A stretch of 63,650 nt of DNA, counting the filler, from Porpidia crustulata (Eukaryota), in assembly GCA_964255105.1 (NCBI GenBank). It is 3 parts of 3 records of this genome, joined end to end, with 100 filler letters (N's around TTAATTAATTAA, not from the genome) between each part and the next. Parts side by side here need not be neighbours in the genome. Positions count along the whole stretch, not along the records: positions 42,554 to 63,650 come from CAXUWE010000110.1; 2 more parts are not named here. One strand, 5' to 3'. Each line of letters opens with the position of its first letter. Position 1 is the first letter of the stretch. The position numbers and the translations under genes are program-made. Below the pieces are notes generated by a model, which had not been told where the DNA came from, ran no database searches, and was given only the letters and a program-made list of their open reading frames with translations. This document shows positions 48,561 to 60,918 of the stretch, one piece after another.

Positions 48561-50638
48561 GATGGTTGGTGATTTGAGCGTTGTTGGAGGGGTAGTGAGG
48601 TGATGATACTTAGTGACCTCAAGGTAGGATGGTTGTATTCGGCTCAATCAATGGGGTTGGATAGATTGGATAGCTAGATCTTGAGAAGTATGGTGTTGAT
48701 AGTACAGTGGAAGCTCGTGTTACGGAAGAGATGAATGAATCGCTGAGGTGGAGTGCAGGTATGAATTGCGAGATGGTTCTAATATATGCTTGAGATCAAC
48801 AGAATATAAGACGAATGGATGATACAGAAAGTAGAGGAATCGAGACGTTTAAATATACATTGTACACGAACATGAGCAATACATTCAAGCACAGCCAGAT
48901 GTCTGCCTAAGTACCAGGGCTTGTCGTATGCCCTGACTATCAAGGCTACAGGTCCCAAAGAGGCATTAGCGCAGGCAGAACCCTTGGCATGAAACGAGTG
49001 AGATGAAAGAATGAGAAAGAATGGCCGTTTGGTCGAAGGCAAGAGTCATCACCCATCTATAAGTCTGACTCTTCAATCGATGGGTCTAGCATGTAGAAAT
49101 GAGTGACGAATGTCTTTGGTACGGCAGCCTGCCGAGTATGCCATGCAAGGCACACCAACAGGCAGCGCGCAAATTGAGGCTTATGATTAGCTGGCTGGGT
49201 GACGATTGGCGCAAATTATGATTCCTCCAGCCTGCAATGCCAGTCAATTGGCGTCAATTGGATTGACGACTCATCCCCGGGCGGGTTCTGACACGGACAG
49301 CTTCCCACATAGCCACAACATACTGAACACCAGCGATTGCGAGGCAGTTGAACTGCGACGATAAGCGCAAGAAAATAAACAGGGCGAAGACACTGCCCAA
49401 TGTCGACCTTGTGAAGTAGCGCAAGGTTGTTCGAGCAAGAAGCAGCTTCGGCGATGGGAACACGAGAGAGTAAGCAAACGGTATAGAAGAAGAGAAGAAG
49501 GGAAATAGGCAGCTTTTCGGCTGTGCTGACCCCTCTAACCCTGAGGCTTGGACCGCTAGGCTGAATTAGGCAATACTTCCAAACAGCCGACAAATAGCAA
49601 CCTGATGCTGACACTCATACGACACTGTATAACTGAAGTTCATGCTGAACTTGTAGTAAAACACAACATGAAACCAAAGATGCATCTATCGCTGTCCATA
49701 CAGAACTGGCAACGAGCAAAGAACGACCAATTCTAGACGATTCGAAGGCTTTCTTGCGCAATGACGCTAAACCCGGCTAGTACTTACCTACCTGAGGTAT
49801 GACTCAATCTTTTGGTACAAACTCCCGTAAACAGGGTCAGTATCAACAACATTTGCACCCTTTTCGGCGATGTTTCTAGAAACAGTGTCGAAAATCTTCG
49901 AAGTATCTTTTGGCCTTTACACACGTACCTCCGTACCCACAGCGCTGTGCCGTGACACCATCACCTTAGCTTCTCGCAACCCCACTCACGCCGCAACCTC
50001 CGAACACCTTCCCATCAGCGACGAGCGACACCTACAATTATAGAGGGCATGAAACGTCTGCGTCCTGACCAATTCCGTGTTCGCAGTGAACGCTACAATA
50101 CGCTAATTGGTGCTCATGAGTATGCTGCACCACGGCGGACGTAAGAGGCTGAGAAGCACTGCCCCGTTTGTCTATGAGAACCTTGAAAATTTATGTCACC
50201 CAAATCGCTGCTGATCGGGAATGGCAGCAAGCATGAGAACGACCAAAGACGAGAATCTATCGTAACGAATGTTCCGATATCTCACAGCCCCGACTGCTGC
50301 TCCCTTCAAGTCGGGCCAATCCTTGCTGGTGGCGCATCCATCTCCGATTGATCAATTGTCAGACCATTGAATTCGTCGATAGCCTTGTTCGCCCTTTAAT
50401 TCCTGGTCTCTTGAATACCCATGCGCGACGGAGGAATGTCTGAATCCACTCCGCTGTATAAGACTCGCCATCGCAGGTCTTGCATTGAGCCTGTTTCGGG
50501 GCGCCAGCTCGTTTCTCTCTTTGTTTGTCAAAGATACAGGTTCCGCCTCATTTTGTATGGTCAGCCTGCAGATACGTTGGGTCACCAATTAAGCTGTTCG
50601 CCACCTGCTCTGCCCTCGGCTTTGCTGGGGATATAACA

Positions 50639-53600
50639 TCACTTATTTGCTCGGTTTGCCCAGCCTGCCATACTTCTGCGGACCCCGAGTGTCTTCTTGT
50701 AAATGTTAGGCGCAGCCTGTGATTGTGCGACGCTTGTGGTGTGGAATGTCGCAGCTGGTCGGACATTATTGTTGTTGCCCTGTACTTGCAGGTCAAGCTG
50801 TGCTCTACCGCCAATGATTATGCTGTGCGGTTGCTCCTCTCTCCTCCTTTCCGCGTTATCGGAAATGTCCTCTGGGGGCGGAGGTGAACTCGAGAGAAAA
50901 ACATATTGTTTGGAGGAATGCCGTTTTTCTGCAGCCGGCAGGCAGGGGCGGCTTATGTTGCTGACTGGCTGCAGTTTGTGATGTCCAAGTGCAGAAGGTA
51001 TTGTTGCTGGAGGTTTTCGTGAGGACGCGTAATGCGTTTCCCCCAGATGTGTCACAACTTGTGCTCTATAAGCCATGCTCTGTCTAACAAGATCTCGATC
51101 TCTGTAGCTCTCTTGAATATTGCTATGATTCACTGCCGTCTCGGAGTCCATAGCAGTTACTGGATTCGCTTTACCATATCGTGGTACATGGTGGCTGATA
51201 CGCTTACTGAAAAAGCCCGTTAGGGTGCCTTGACTATCCAGAAGATTGTTGGCTTTCGTGCGATCTCCCGGAATGGCCGGTGACAATCTTTCATCCCGAA
51301 TACCGACTGAAATTGCTCCCTTCCTTTTAGACGTCCCTCTTACAGATTGCGTTTCTAGCTGCCCTTGCTCAAAATGTTGCAGTTGTACCGCTGCAGATAC
51401 GAAACCACCGACTCTATGTTGCGTGAACGCTGAGCTGTTCTGCATCGTTGTTGCCGTACCAATGGAGCAGGCGATGTTGCTAATAGCGATGCCATTGGCG
51501 TAAGGGTGTCGCCTTTCTTCTGCCTCATTATGTGTCGTCTTGCGCCGCTTGACCATGGGTAGCTGGGGTTTGGCATACGTATTTTCGTTCCATTTGTTCC
51601 ACCTAGCGTGCGATGCATCTTGATCTTCAGTTCCATCTAATGGCCATAAGTCGTCTTGCGTGTTCTCTACCGTACGGCAACCCTCAATTATATGGGATTC
51701 CATGGGACAATCTCGTCGTAGTATTCTTGCGATGTCATTCACCGTGCTTAGATCTAGTGTAGGTCCTTTGTTGACAAGGTACTGTGAAACGTTCCTGGAA
51801 TTGAGGAAGTGTGAAAGGGTTGTTTCCTCTGTGTGCATTCTCAATACCGTATTTCATCTCAATGGTCGTGGATTCTTACCTCGTTGTGAATTTTTTGTAG
51901 GACAGCTCATATAGAGTAGAGCTTGGGCTCGTGTCATTGCAACATAAAGGAGCCTTCTTTCTTCATTCGTGTCCTCGGCTCTCGAATGCGGCAAGGAACC
52001 TTCGTACGTGGACGGAATGAACACCACAGGCCACTCCAGTCCTTTGGCCGCGTGAATCGTGGAAATTGTAATACAAGCTTTCGTTGTCTCTCCTTCTTCG
52101 GATTCGTCTTCTCGTTGAAGCTCTGTTGCGAGCGCCACGTTTGCCAAGAACATTGACAACGCCTCTTCTGCCGCGTTGCCTTGCTTTTGCTCTAAGCCTT
52201 CGATTTGTGGGAGCAAATCCACGCCGTGCTCAGAGTCCATGGTTATTTCTCCCTTTGGTTGAGTACAGTCGGACGCTTGGGCGAGGAGTTCTTCCACATT
52301 TGCCCATCGAGCTTCATGATCAAGCTCATGTGCTTTCTTCAAGTATTCCTGGAACTCAAGCTTTTTCAAGACGTATTGCAAGAGCTCCGATAGGGAGAAA
52401 TTCGTTGTTGTATCAATCAGCTTCCTTCTTGCTGTGAGGATAAGATTGATGAAAGAACTCAGTCTTTGTTCAGCTGGTCTCGAGATCCTAGTTTTGGTAA
52501 TTGTATGTCCCTGAACCACATCTCTCGAGAAGCTCCACATTGACCTCCCTTTGGTTTCCGCTTCTTCGAGCAATGCCTTCATAGTAGTAACGCCAAGACC
52601 TCGTGGAGGCACATTGACGATTCGCACGAGCGCATCGTTGTTGTCTGGCTGACTGACGACTCTTAGGTAATCGAGAAGAATCTTGATCTCAGTCCGATCA
52701 AAGAACCTTTGACCACCCACCATACGGTAAGGGAGTCCAGCTTTTCCCATCGCTGACTCGATTGTTCGTGAGAGTGATGCGGACCGGAGGAGTATCGCAA
52801 AGTCAGAGTACGCAAGCATACCACCAGTCATGCCACTTGATCTTCTGATCTCCGATACGATCCATGATGCCTCAATCTCTGCGGATGGTAATCTTCGAAG
52901 GACGGGTACTGTGCCAGGACAGTGGGTAGGCAAGAGGGGCCGCGGAACCCGGCTCTCGTCTTGCTCTATGACTTCACGAGCTGCGAGCAGTATAGCACCC
53001 GAGGACCGGTAATTATCTTCAAGACGTATGACCAACGTATCTGGATATTGCTTCCGCATCCTCGCCAGGTTCTTGATCTCAGCCGACCGCCATCCATAGA
53101 TACTTTGGTCCGGATCACCGACGGTCGTGACCCTCTTGCGCTTCGCCGCAAAAAGCCTCATCAAGTCGAACTGGACCAAGTTGGTGTCCTGGAACTCATC
53201 GATCAACACTACCTCGACATTCGATACACACGTAGGGTGCTGACGAAGGAGGTCAACACATCGCAAAAGAAGGTCATCATAGTCGAGGAGATTTGATTTT
53301 TCGAGTTGGTGCTCATACGCCTCGAATACACACGCAAACTCTTCATTGTCGATATTCTTCTTCTTGGCTGCTTCTTGGGCCAACTCGGCATATCCTATGC
53401 CCCGCGACTTTGAACTGGAGATGCGCGATTGAGCTTTCCTGGGCTCAATGTTAAATTTCAATCGTTTTATAATCCTTTTGATAATGCTCGATGAGTCAGA
53501 GCTATCTGCAATACCGAAGCCCTTCCGTAGTCCGATCAAATGGCCGTAGGATACCAGGTACCGCCGGCAAACCGAGTGGAAGGTACCAAGTATCATTCTA

Positions 53601-53845
53601 GCTTCCATGCCATTGCCGATGAGTTTTGCGATCCTCTCCCTCATCTCCCTCGAGCTTTTGATGGTAAAGGTAAGGCATAGTATGTCCCATGGTTTGTAGC
53701 CGTGATGGGCAAGTAGATAGGCCACGCGGGAGGTCAAAGTCTTGGTCTTGCCAGACCCGGGGGGTGCAAGTATTTGGAGCACATCGAAGGGCGAGGTAAC
53801 TGCAGCATGCTGTGCTGCATTGAGGCCTTCGAGAATTGATTCCAT
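50639..53845 (-). CDS. SRS2: UvrD/PcrA-family DNA helicase Srs2
   Basis: LAPPGSGKT, LIDEFQD, VGDPDQSIYGWR, NYRS, TIHAAKGLEWP, EERRLLYVAMTRA; intron 51829-51879. Confidence 0.95.
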
Positions 53846-53919
53846 ACAGTCATAAGGTTGAGGAGCTGGGAATCACTACGTTCTTTGTCAACGCATAGTG
53901 GGATGGTGTTTTGTGGGAA

Positions 53920-53959
53920 ACGCGACGTGAATAACGGCAATCACGTCATCACGTGATGA
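53920..53959. promoter_or_regulatory. Putative MCB-like (ACGCGA) site and palindromic E-box upstream of SRS2
   Basis: ACGCGA at about 53920 and TCATCACGTGATGA at 53946-53959, within about 115 bp of the ATG. Confidence 0.45.
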
Positions 53960-54219
53960 TGTTCCATAATGCTCACGATACCTTGAATGTTTTGATCTTT
54001 CTCCTAGAATTCCCCAAATTTCAACGATGATCAACGTTATACAACGCCGAAAGTATGCCAAGAGAAACTTGTCAGGACTTTCTACAAAGTCTGGATCCCC
54101 CAAATCTTGGCTATTCCGATTGCTAAATCCCATCCCTCCACTCAGCATACAAAGCCCCCTATCTGGATAGACAGAAGCTATCCGGTGGAGCTCAGCCGCC
54201 ATCATCGCACTAAGCTGAA

Positions 54220-56364
54220 TCAATCTACCTTCTTGAGGAAAAAGAGGACGCCGTGCTGATGCTTAGCAATATCTTGTTCCGAGGCCAAATGCGAGACCTC
54301 ATGGTCGTTGCAAAACCACCAGTTTCCATCGACCTTCTTGCAAGCCTGCCAATGACCAGTGCGAAAACTGGAATCGGTCGTTAATCACTTGAGAGTGTGA
54401 GACCCAAAATACGTAAGACTGAACTCACTCTTCACCCCTATGTTCTGCCACTGCAATGACCTCGTGATGGTAATTTTTGCCAGAGTCCAAGCTAGCAAAC
54501 CAAGGTGCCAGGTTCAATTTGCCTGTCGGGATTGGTATGCGTGTACGAATTTTACCCATGTCGTCTACGCGGGCTATATTCATTACCGCGTATTTTGCTA
54601 ATTGACGTATACGACGGGACGCTGTAATACCGTCCACCTTTCTGCAAGCTGTGCACTTTGTTTGTTTTCGCTCGGTGCTTTTTGCAAAAATATCGAGGCA
54701 TCGTTCCAAGGATACAGTGGTGTTCACACGAGGGACACCGATGGGAACGGATAAAGCAGCAGCCTCGCCGTTGATTTGGCTGTGACCACACATGGAGCAG
54801 TTGACCTTGAGGCCACTTAGCTTAGAATCCACTTGCCAAGATTGGTTTGAGAGTGACTCACCAAATCCACGGTTGAGCTACCGACAAGATCCTCTACCAT
54901 TGTTGGATGAGGGGAGTTCGCATATGAGAATCGGCCATTCACTTCTTCATCTTGAAGTTGGCGCAGTAAGATACCGTAGAATTCCTCGGCATTTGTCTCC
55001 TTTTCTCCATCAATACCGCGACCTTCTCCGTCTTTCAGGAGAACACCCGATGCTTGCATAAAGTCAAAGGGCGATACAAAAGATTCAGCTGATCCAGCGG
55101 TGTGGATCCGCTCGAAAAGCTCGCCTAAATACGCATCTATGCGGCTATATTTCGATTAGCAATAAATCTGAAATTTGTGACTTATACTTACATGGTATCC
55201 TTGGCACTTTCAAACCACTTTCGGGCTTTGAGCTTCTGCACGAGCATCTCTTTCGTGTTGGCGCTTGAGAGCTGCATCTTCTGATACTTCGTGAGGGCGC
55301 AGGTCTCTTCCGTCTTGCCCGCTTCCTTGGCCTTGGCATGATAGAAGTCGACAAATTCAGGTATCTTGTCGAGGCATTGGAGCACAGCGCTCGAGAAGCA
55401 GGTCAAGCCGAAATTATGTAGGCCTACCGGAGTTTCTAATGTCGATATTTTCCCCGTAAGCTTGGGCTCCATCGTGGGCGGGACAGACTTTCTGAAGCTC
55501 CTTTTATACTCAGGCTTCCTTGCGTAGCCTACATACAGCTCTGGCTTCACAAATCGTCCTTCGTACATAATTCTTTTTGTGTCGCCGCCAGCATTATCTT
55601 TCGCCTTTCTCTTCTCGCCGCATGGCAAGTCGTCCGACTGGCTCTCGGTCCCTTGCTTCTTTGGCTCTTTCATCTCACGAGGCTCCTCATTCAATACCTT
55701 CTGCCCGCGTGATATCTCGCCACAGGGATTTACAACTCTTGACCCTAGGTCTGGCACTCCCAGATCAGATGGCATTCCAAGCTCAGTAGAAGACGAAGCT
55801 ATTGAACTTGGTCGACCCTTGGAAGGGGTGCTACTTGTTGTCTGTTGTATCAGATAGTCATTGCTAGATGATGTGCCGAGTATGATCCCAGATTATGATA
55901 CGTACTCTCTGTCTTGAATCTACCTGGGCTTGGTGTTTCCGGGCAGATGCATAAAGCGCACCTAAACACTTAGCCGTAGGCCCGACTGTTGGTATCGTAG
56001 GACTGTCCTGCAGAATACCATCAACTGATGCTGAGTTGTCTTTTGCCTGAGGCAATTTTGTGCCTGGTACTTGGGCTGCTTTTTCTTCAGCCTCTCTTTT
56101 CTTCGGCTTTTCAGAACTTCGGACCTTTGAGCCTTGTACTGTGATAGCGCTTTCAGTCTTCTGGACATTTACCGTCTTCGTTGACTCTTCGACGGTGGTT
56201 GTAGCTGGCAATTGTCTCAGGACCTTGGCATCTCCAACGCTTTTTCTGGAAGAAGAGCTTTCTTGCTTCGCTGGTAGCTTGACATTTTTAGCCTGATGCT
56301 CCCGAAGCTGGGCTAAAGAGTCTTTCTGTCTCTGTTTCAGAGTCCTGCCCCCTTCCAACCCCAT
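54220..56364 (-). CDS. Divergent ubiquitin-specific protease (peptidase C19), five exons; start uncertain
   Basis: Cys box GLHNFGLTCFSSAVLQCL, two CxxC pairs, His box HRGEDFRTGHW..WWFCND. Introns 55842-55905, 55145-55191, 54806-54861 and 54368-54428 all keep frame. Confidence 0.88.
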
Positions 56365-57129
56365 CCCCAGTACTACGTTACTTAACAACAGTGGAGATTA
56401 AAGGTCAAGAACGTAGAAAGGATTAGTGGAAGCCGATATGGGCTCCTTTCGAAGCAAGAAACTTATGACACAATGATCGGTCCGGAATATAAACGACACA
56501 AGTTGCTCTGAACGATGTAACTCGAGAGAATAATTATGAAGTACACTGAAGAACGAGTTGATCTCCCACCAAACAGTCGCGACACTAGTCGAAGTTGAAG
56601 ATAGGGGTAAGGTCCAAGAGATAATCGACACAGTATTGCCTTTGTAGCTCGCTGTTGTTGATGATACAAATAATGTAACCAAGTATTGTTGCTCCGAGAA
56701 GCAATTTTCAGTGTCTCCCAGGATGGTATAAGAAGAGAAAAACGTCGGTGGTGGGAGCGGTAAACAACCCCCAGAACGAACAGTACCGAAAGAAGTGTTG
56801 AGACACAATGGTACTCGGTTCGTTGTGACGACAGGTGAACAGGGTCGGTGTTGGTGAGGTCTGTTCAATAGGAGGTTCACTGGGCGACAAGTGTTGGACG
56901 GACGGGCACGGCTGAGATGGACTCGGTGCATTGAGGTAGGAGATTCTCGTGGACTTAAATGTTGCGTCAATGCTCTGGCTGCCATGAAATAGGGGTCTCG
57001 TATCCCTGGCATGAAGCTGGTGTAATTTGATTCGAAAATTCGTCGATCTCGTCCACATCGTTGTTACTCAAACTTCTTGTTGATGTGAAACATGTATAGA
57101 TATTGAGTCAATAATCTTGGGATTGTGTG

Positions 57130-58587
57130 TCACCGATCCTCGGTTTTCACCTCCCCCACCTCCTTTCCTCCATCCACCTCAAATTTTGAATCACCCCCTC
57201 TACTCCCAACATCTACCGCAATAATTCCCAGAACCCATGTATTCACGGCGAAGAAAACGAAGCTACTCAGGAAGAGTCTTGGGACGAAGGTGCTGAGTCC
57301 TAGGAATTCAAGATTATACGCGGAATGGAGCCAGAGGCCCTGTATAGGGTCAGTGAGGGGCTGGGCTGCAGACAGTGATGAGGGGGGACAAATGCGGAGG
57401 TCAACGGGGATGATATGAACTTACTTGAGAGACAACCCACAACATTGCGGCTGTTATGCCGAGTCTAGAAGATGAGAGAAAAGAGGAGTAGGGCAGGTAG
57501 AACGGAACGAGTACGAGGTACCATAGGAAATACTTCAGTATGTCAGCTTTCACCCTTGGACTTCATATATTTCTCAAAGGCAGGGAGTATACATACCTGA
57601 CTTGTTACTACCTACAAACGCAAAGGTCTGCGCTAGCATCGCACCCCCCAGATCCTTCTTCCCCAGCACCAATGGGATCACACCAGCGCTGAGTAGTATT
57701 TGGGGTACGAATGCCAGAGATTCAAATTTCCAATTGGTGGTTTCGGAAGGCAGCGAGGAAGAAAGGTGGAGTAAGGTATTATAGGGGGAAAAGTTGTGAC
57801 GGTGATCGATGCGTGTGAGGTGGTGAAGGTAAGTGTGGGTGAGGAAGGGTGTGGAGTAGAGAGCGTACATTGAGACGTTAAGGATGGTGAATGTGGTGAG
57901 AGAGGTGAGGAGTAGAGTAATGCGGGCAGGGGTGAAGAAGTGGCTTATAGAGCGGAGGAGGGTTTTGGCGGTGAATTGGGATAGAAATTTTTGTGGTGGA
58001 CCTGGCGAGTCTAGATACCACAGAATTGTAGGTCCATAAATGAAGGGATAGATTTTGAAGTGGACTGCTAGCCCTAGAAAGACACCAGCCAGCTTGATGC
58101 GTTGGTGCGTGACTGCCCACACCAAAGCAACAACCATAATACCTAGCAGGCCTTCAGAGCTGCCTCGAGTGCTGATGGTAGCGACCATGGGGTTCAAAAG
58201 CCAAATACTAGCGAACTTAAGGGCGCACTGCGTACTCATCCTCCCTCTTGCCGGAGACCTTAGAACTAGAAAGATAAGCCAGCCTGCGATAATGTCCGAA
58301 GCTGCAAATACAGCTTTTCCGAAGGAAAACCATATTGCCCCCGGCCTTGCGGTAGGGAGCAGGAGCCAAGCGAGAAGAGGCGTGTAGCGGTAGGTTTCGC
58401 GGTCATAGGGGGAGAGACCGAGGGAGGTGTAGCGGGCAGCGTCAGTGAAGACGAAGTAGTCGATGTCGGTGTATTTGAGAGGGGAGTGGGCGTCTTGGAA
58501 GAGGCCGTAGAATAGGAGGATGATGCGGAGTATGATTGCAGATGAGAAAATAAGAGGGATAGTGAAGAAAGATGCCATAGTTTTCAT
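57130..58587 (-). CDS. GPI14: GPI mannosyltransferase I (PIG-M); apparent frameshift near 57600
   Basis: KYTDIDYFVFTDAA, TYRYTPLLA, ISTRGSSE, VHFKIYP, RIDHRHNFSPY, YFLWY, YNLEFLG; introns 57533-57596 and 57340-57424. Confidence 0.93.
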
Positions 58588-58860
58588 TCTTACCAGGAAT
58601 TACCTTAGAGGATAAAGTAACAATCAAAATGGGTAGTAGGTACAGAAAATCATAGCAGAACAATCATGGAAAAGAAGAAACGACAGGTATTTTTCTACTT
58701 CACTCCGGACAATCTCTGCATCTTCGATTTAGAGATATTGAAGTTGAAAACTTTACCTTGATGCTTGATAGGGCTTAGCGAGAACTGGCGTGTGTTCATT
58801 GGTTTATCCTTTTCTGCTAGATTGTGGAGGCCTGCTATACGTACTGCCCTTCAATAAGTG

Positions 58861-59782
58861 ATGTATCCTAACAAACGATTACGATCAGATGGCATGGACA
58901 CAGAGTTCTCTAAACAAGGGTCGTCATTCATGGCAATGTTTGAGGCATTCCGCAATGAGCTGGATGAGCACCAAGATCGCCGTGAGCGCATCATAAAGGC
59001 TTCTAGGGACATTACCGCTTTAAGCAAGAAGATGTAAGCATTGCATATCATCATCACGGCGTTTTTCTCACAGGGGTGATAGGATCTTCTCGTTACAACG
59101 GTATATAGCCTCCGCTGAAGATTTAGACTACCAATCGATCTGACGCTTCTGGAGCGCTCGGCAGCTCCAAGCTCCAGTCCCCGAAGCGGTTGCCAAAGAG
59201 AACGAACCCCGCCAAACCCAGATCAACAATCTCTTCGCCTCGGTGGCTCCAGACTTGCGGGAGATCAACGGATGGCGCTACCAGCGGCAGATATCCGGAG
59301 GCGTACAAGAATACATAGAGACTGTTTTGTTTCAGCATTACGTCGAGACTCAGCAACTGATCACCTACGAGGAAGCGCAAAACAAGATTCTGGAAGGGGT
59401 GAGCTTGACGGAAGATGATTACGTATTAGGTTTATTCGATCTTGTCGGAGAGCTCATGAGATTCGCAATCACAAGTATGGCTACGACCGGAGAGCTTCCC
59501 CGTGGCCCGGCGTCCGGTGCAGATAATGAGGGCAAAGACATCTTATCGGACCTCAGGTCCCTCAGAACTTCTTTTGAAGCGCTCGACGTAACAAACAGCG
59601 CTCTGAACGGATCGCCTCTCAAGAGAGACCTGGAGAAGAAAATGGAGGTCATGAAGACCTGCGTCGAAAAAGTCGAGAACGCAGTTTACGGGATGATCAT
59701 AAGGGGCCGGGAGAGACCAAAGGGATGGATGCCAGACTTGAGTTCAGAGAAAAAGGGAAGAGAGCCCGTGGAGAGTTACTGA
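58861..59782 (+). CDS. Translin-associated factor X (TRAX)
   Basis: FRNELDEHQDRRERIIKASRDITALSKKM|IFSLQR, GVQEYIE, DYVLGLFDLVGELMR, VEKVENAVY..RGRERP; introns 59034-59082 and 59101-59154. Confidence 0.93.
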
Positions 59783-59921
59783 GATCACTAGGATGTTTTA
59801 ACAATTGAATGCTGGACAAGATTTCCATCTGAACATTTAAAGCTTCGTGCCTTCAATCATCGTCCACACATTAATCATATTCATACGGATATCCGCTTAG
59901 ATCTCCCCAACTACATTCAGA

Positions 59922-60473
59922 TTACTCCTTTGTAGGATCTTCATCGACTGTAAGAATTCCTTCCTTGATCAGCTCTTCCGGCTTGGGCCGATGCTGGATT
60001 TTCTGCTCTAGACTGTCGGCACGCATATGCTTCTCGAGTTCTCTCTGCTGGCCTTGTAACGCGGGCGCTGCGGTCGAGTCTAGGAGGATGTTGCCTAGGT
60101 TAGATTGTTTGGTTAGTAAGGCCACCCCAGAGGTAATCCTAATTGGAATTCTCGGGTCTAGCTTACGCTCGATCAGCTCCTCGCGTTCGGGGCGCTTTCC
60201 CAAACCCTTCTTCAAGCTATCGGTAGCTCGCTGACGTTCCAATTCTTGCGCAGCAGATTGTAGTGCCCTACAAGATTCGTTTAGTATTGGGAACTCGGTA
60301 GTATATGCTGTTCAGGAAGAATACGGAGCAGCTTTAGTATCTTTCAATATGTTTCTGTTCTGCAAATCTTTGGGGTCGGGCCTCATCTGGAGATGCTTCT
60401 CAAGCGAGTTGCGACGCTCGATGGGGGAGATGGGACTCTCGTCTACTAAGCGTGTCTGCTGTAGATCTGCCAT
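59922..60473 (-). CDS. RPEL-repeat protein, three exons
   Basis: Three repeats: SLEKHLQMRPDPKDLQNRNIL, SLKKGLGKRPEREELIERNIL, SLEQKIQHRPKPEELIKEGIL. Confidence 0.92.
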
Positions 60474-60813
60474 GATCAATAGTTTCAATCCTTGAGTACG
60501 ATTCCGGTAAGCTTAGCAGCCTAGATAGCGAACAAGGTGTGGTTTCCTGTTGAGCGTGGAGCCTTGCGGGCAGGCTGCAGCAAACAATGTGGTCTCGAGG
60601 GCAACGAGAAAACGGGGGTGGGGGGCTAGTGGGGCTTAGCGGATGACTTCGTACTTCACCCTTTATACTTGATAGCAGTAATACCTACAAACTCCTTACC
60701 TTGAAGACTCTTGATCTGAAAAGTTTGATTATCTACTAGTATACTGTCCAATTAGACGTATGTACGTCACATTGCAATAGATATTGAGTGTCCCACTGTC
60801 AAGTCACCTGATG

Positions 60814-60882
60814 GCGCGACGCGTCTTTGAGTGCCACGAATGCCTAGTGCTCCCGCGTAAAGTGCCTATTAGTATTTTCGCG
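60814..60882. promoter_or_regulatory. MCB/SCB-like CGCG cluster upstream of NBS1
   Basis: ACGCGT at 60819-60824 plus further CGCG cores (CGCGTA, TTTTCGCG). Confidence 0.5.
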
Positions 60883-60918
60883 GTTTGAGCGAGTTTCTCA
60901 CCTCACTGTTCATTTACG

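Noticed and set aside
49518..49590. Telomerase RNA template (CTAACCCTGA inside a TCGGCTGT/ACAGCCGA stem)
   Set aside because: It mismatches the expected TAACCCTAA template, and no pseudoknot could be identified.
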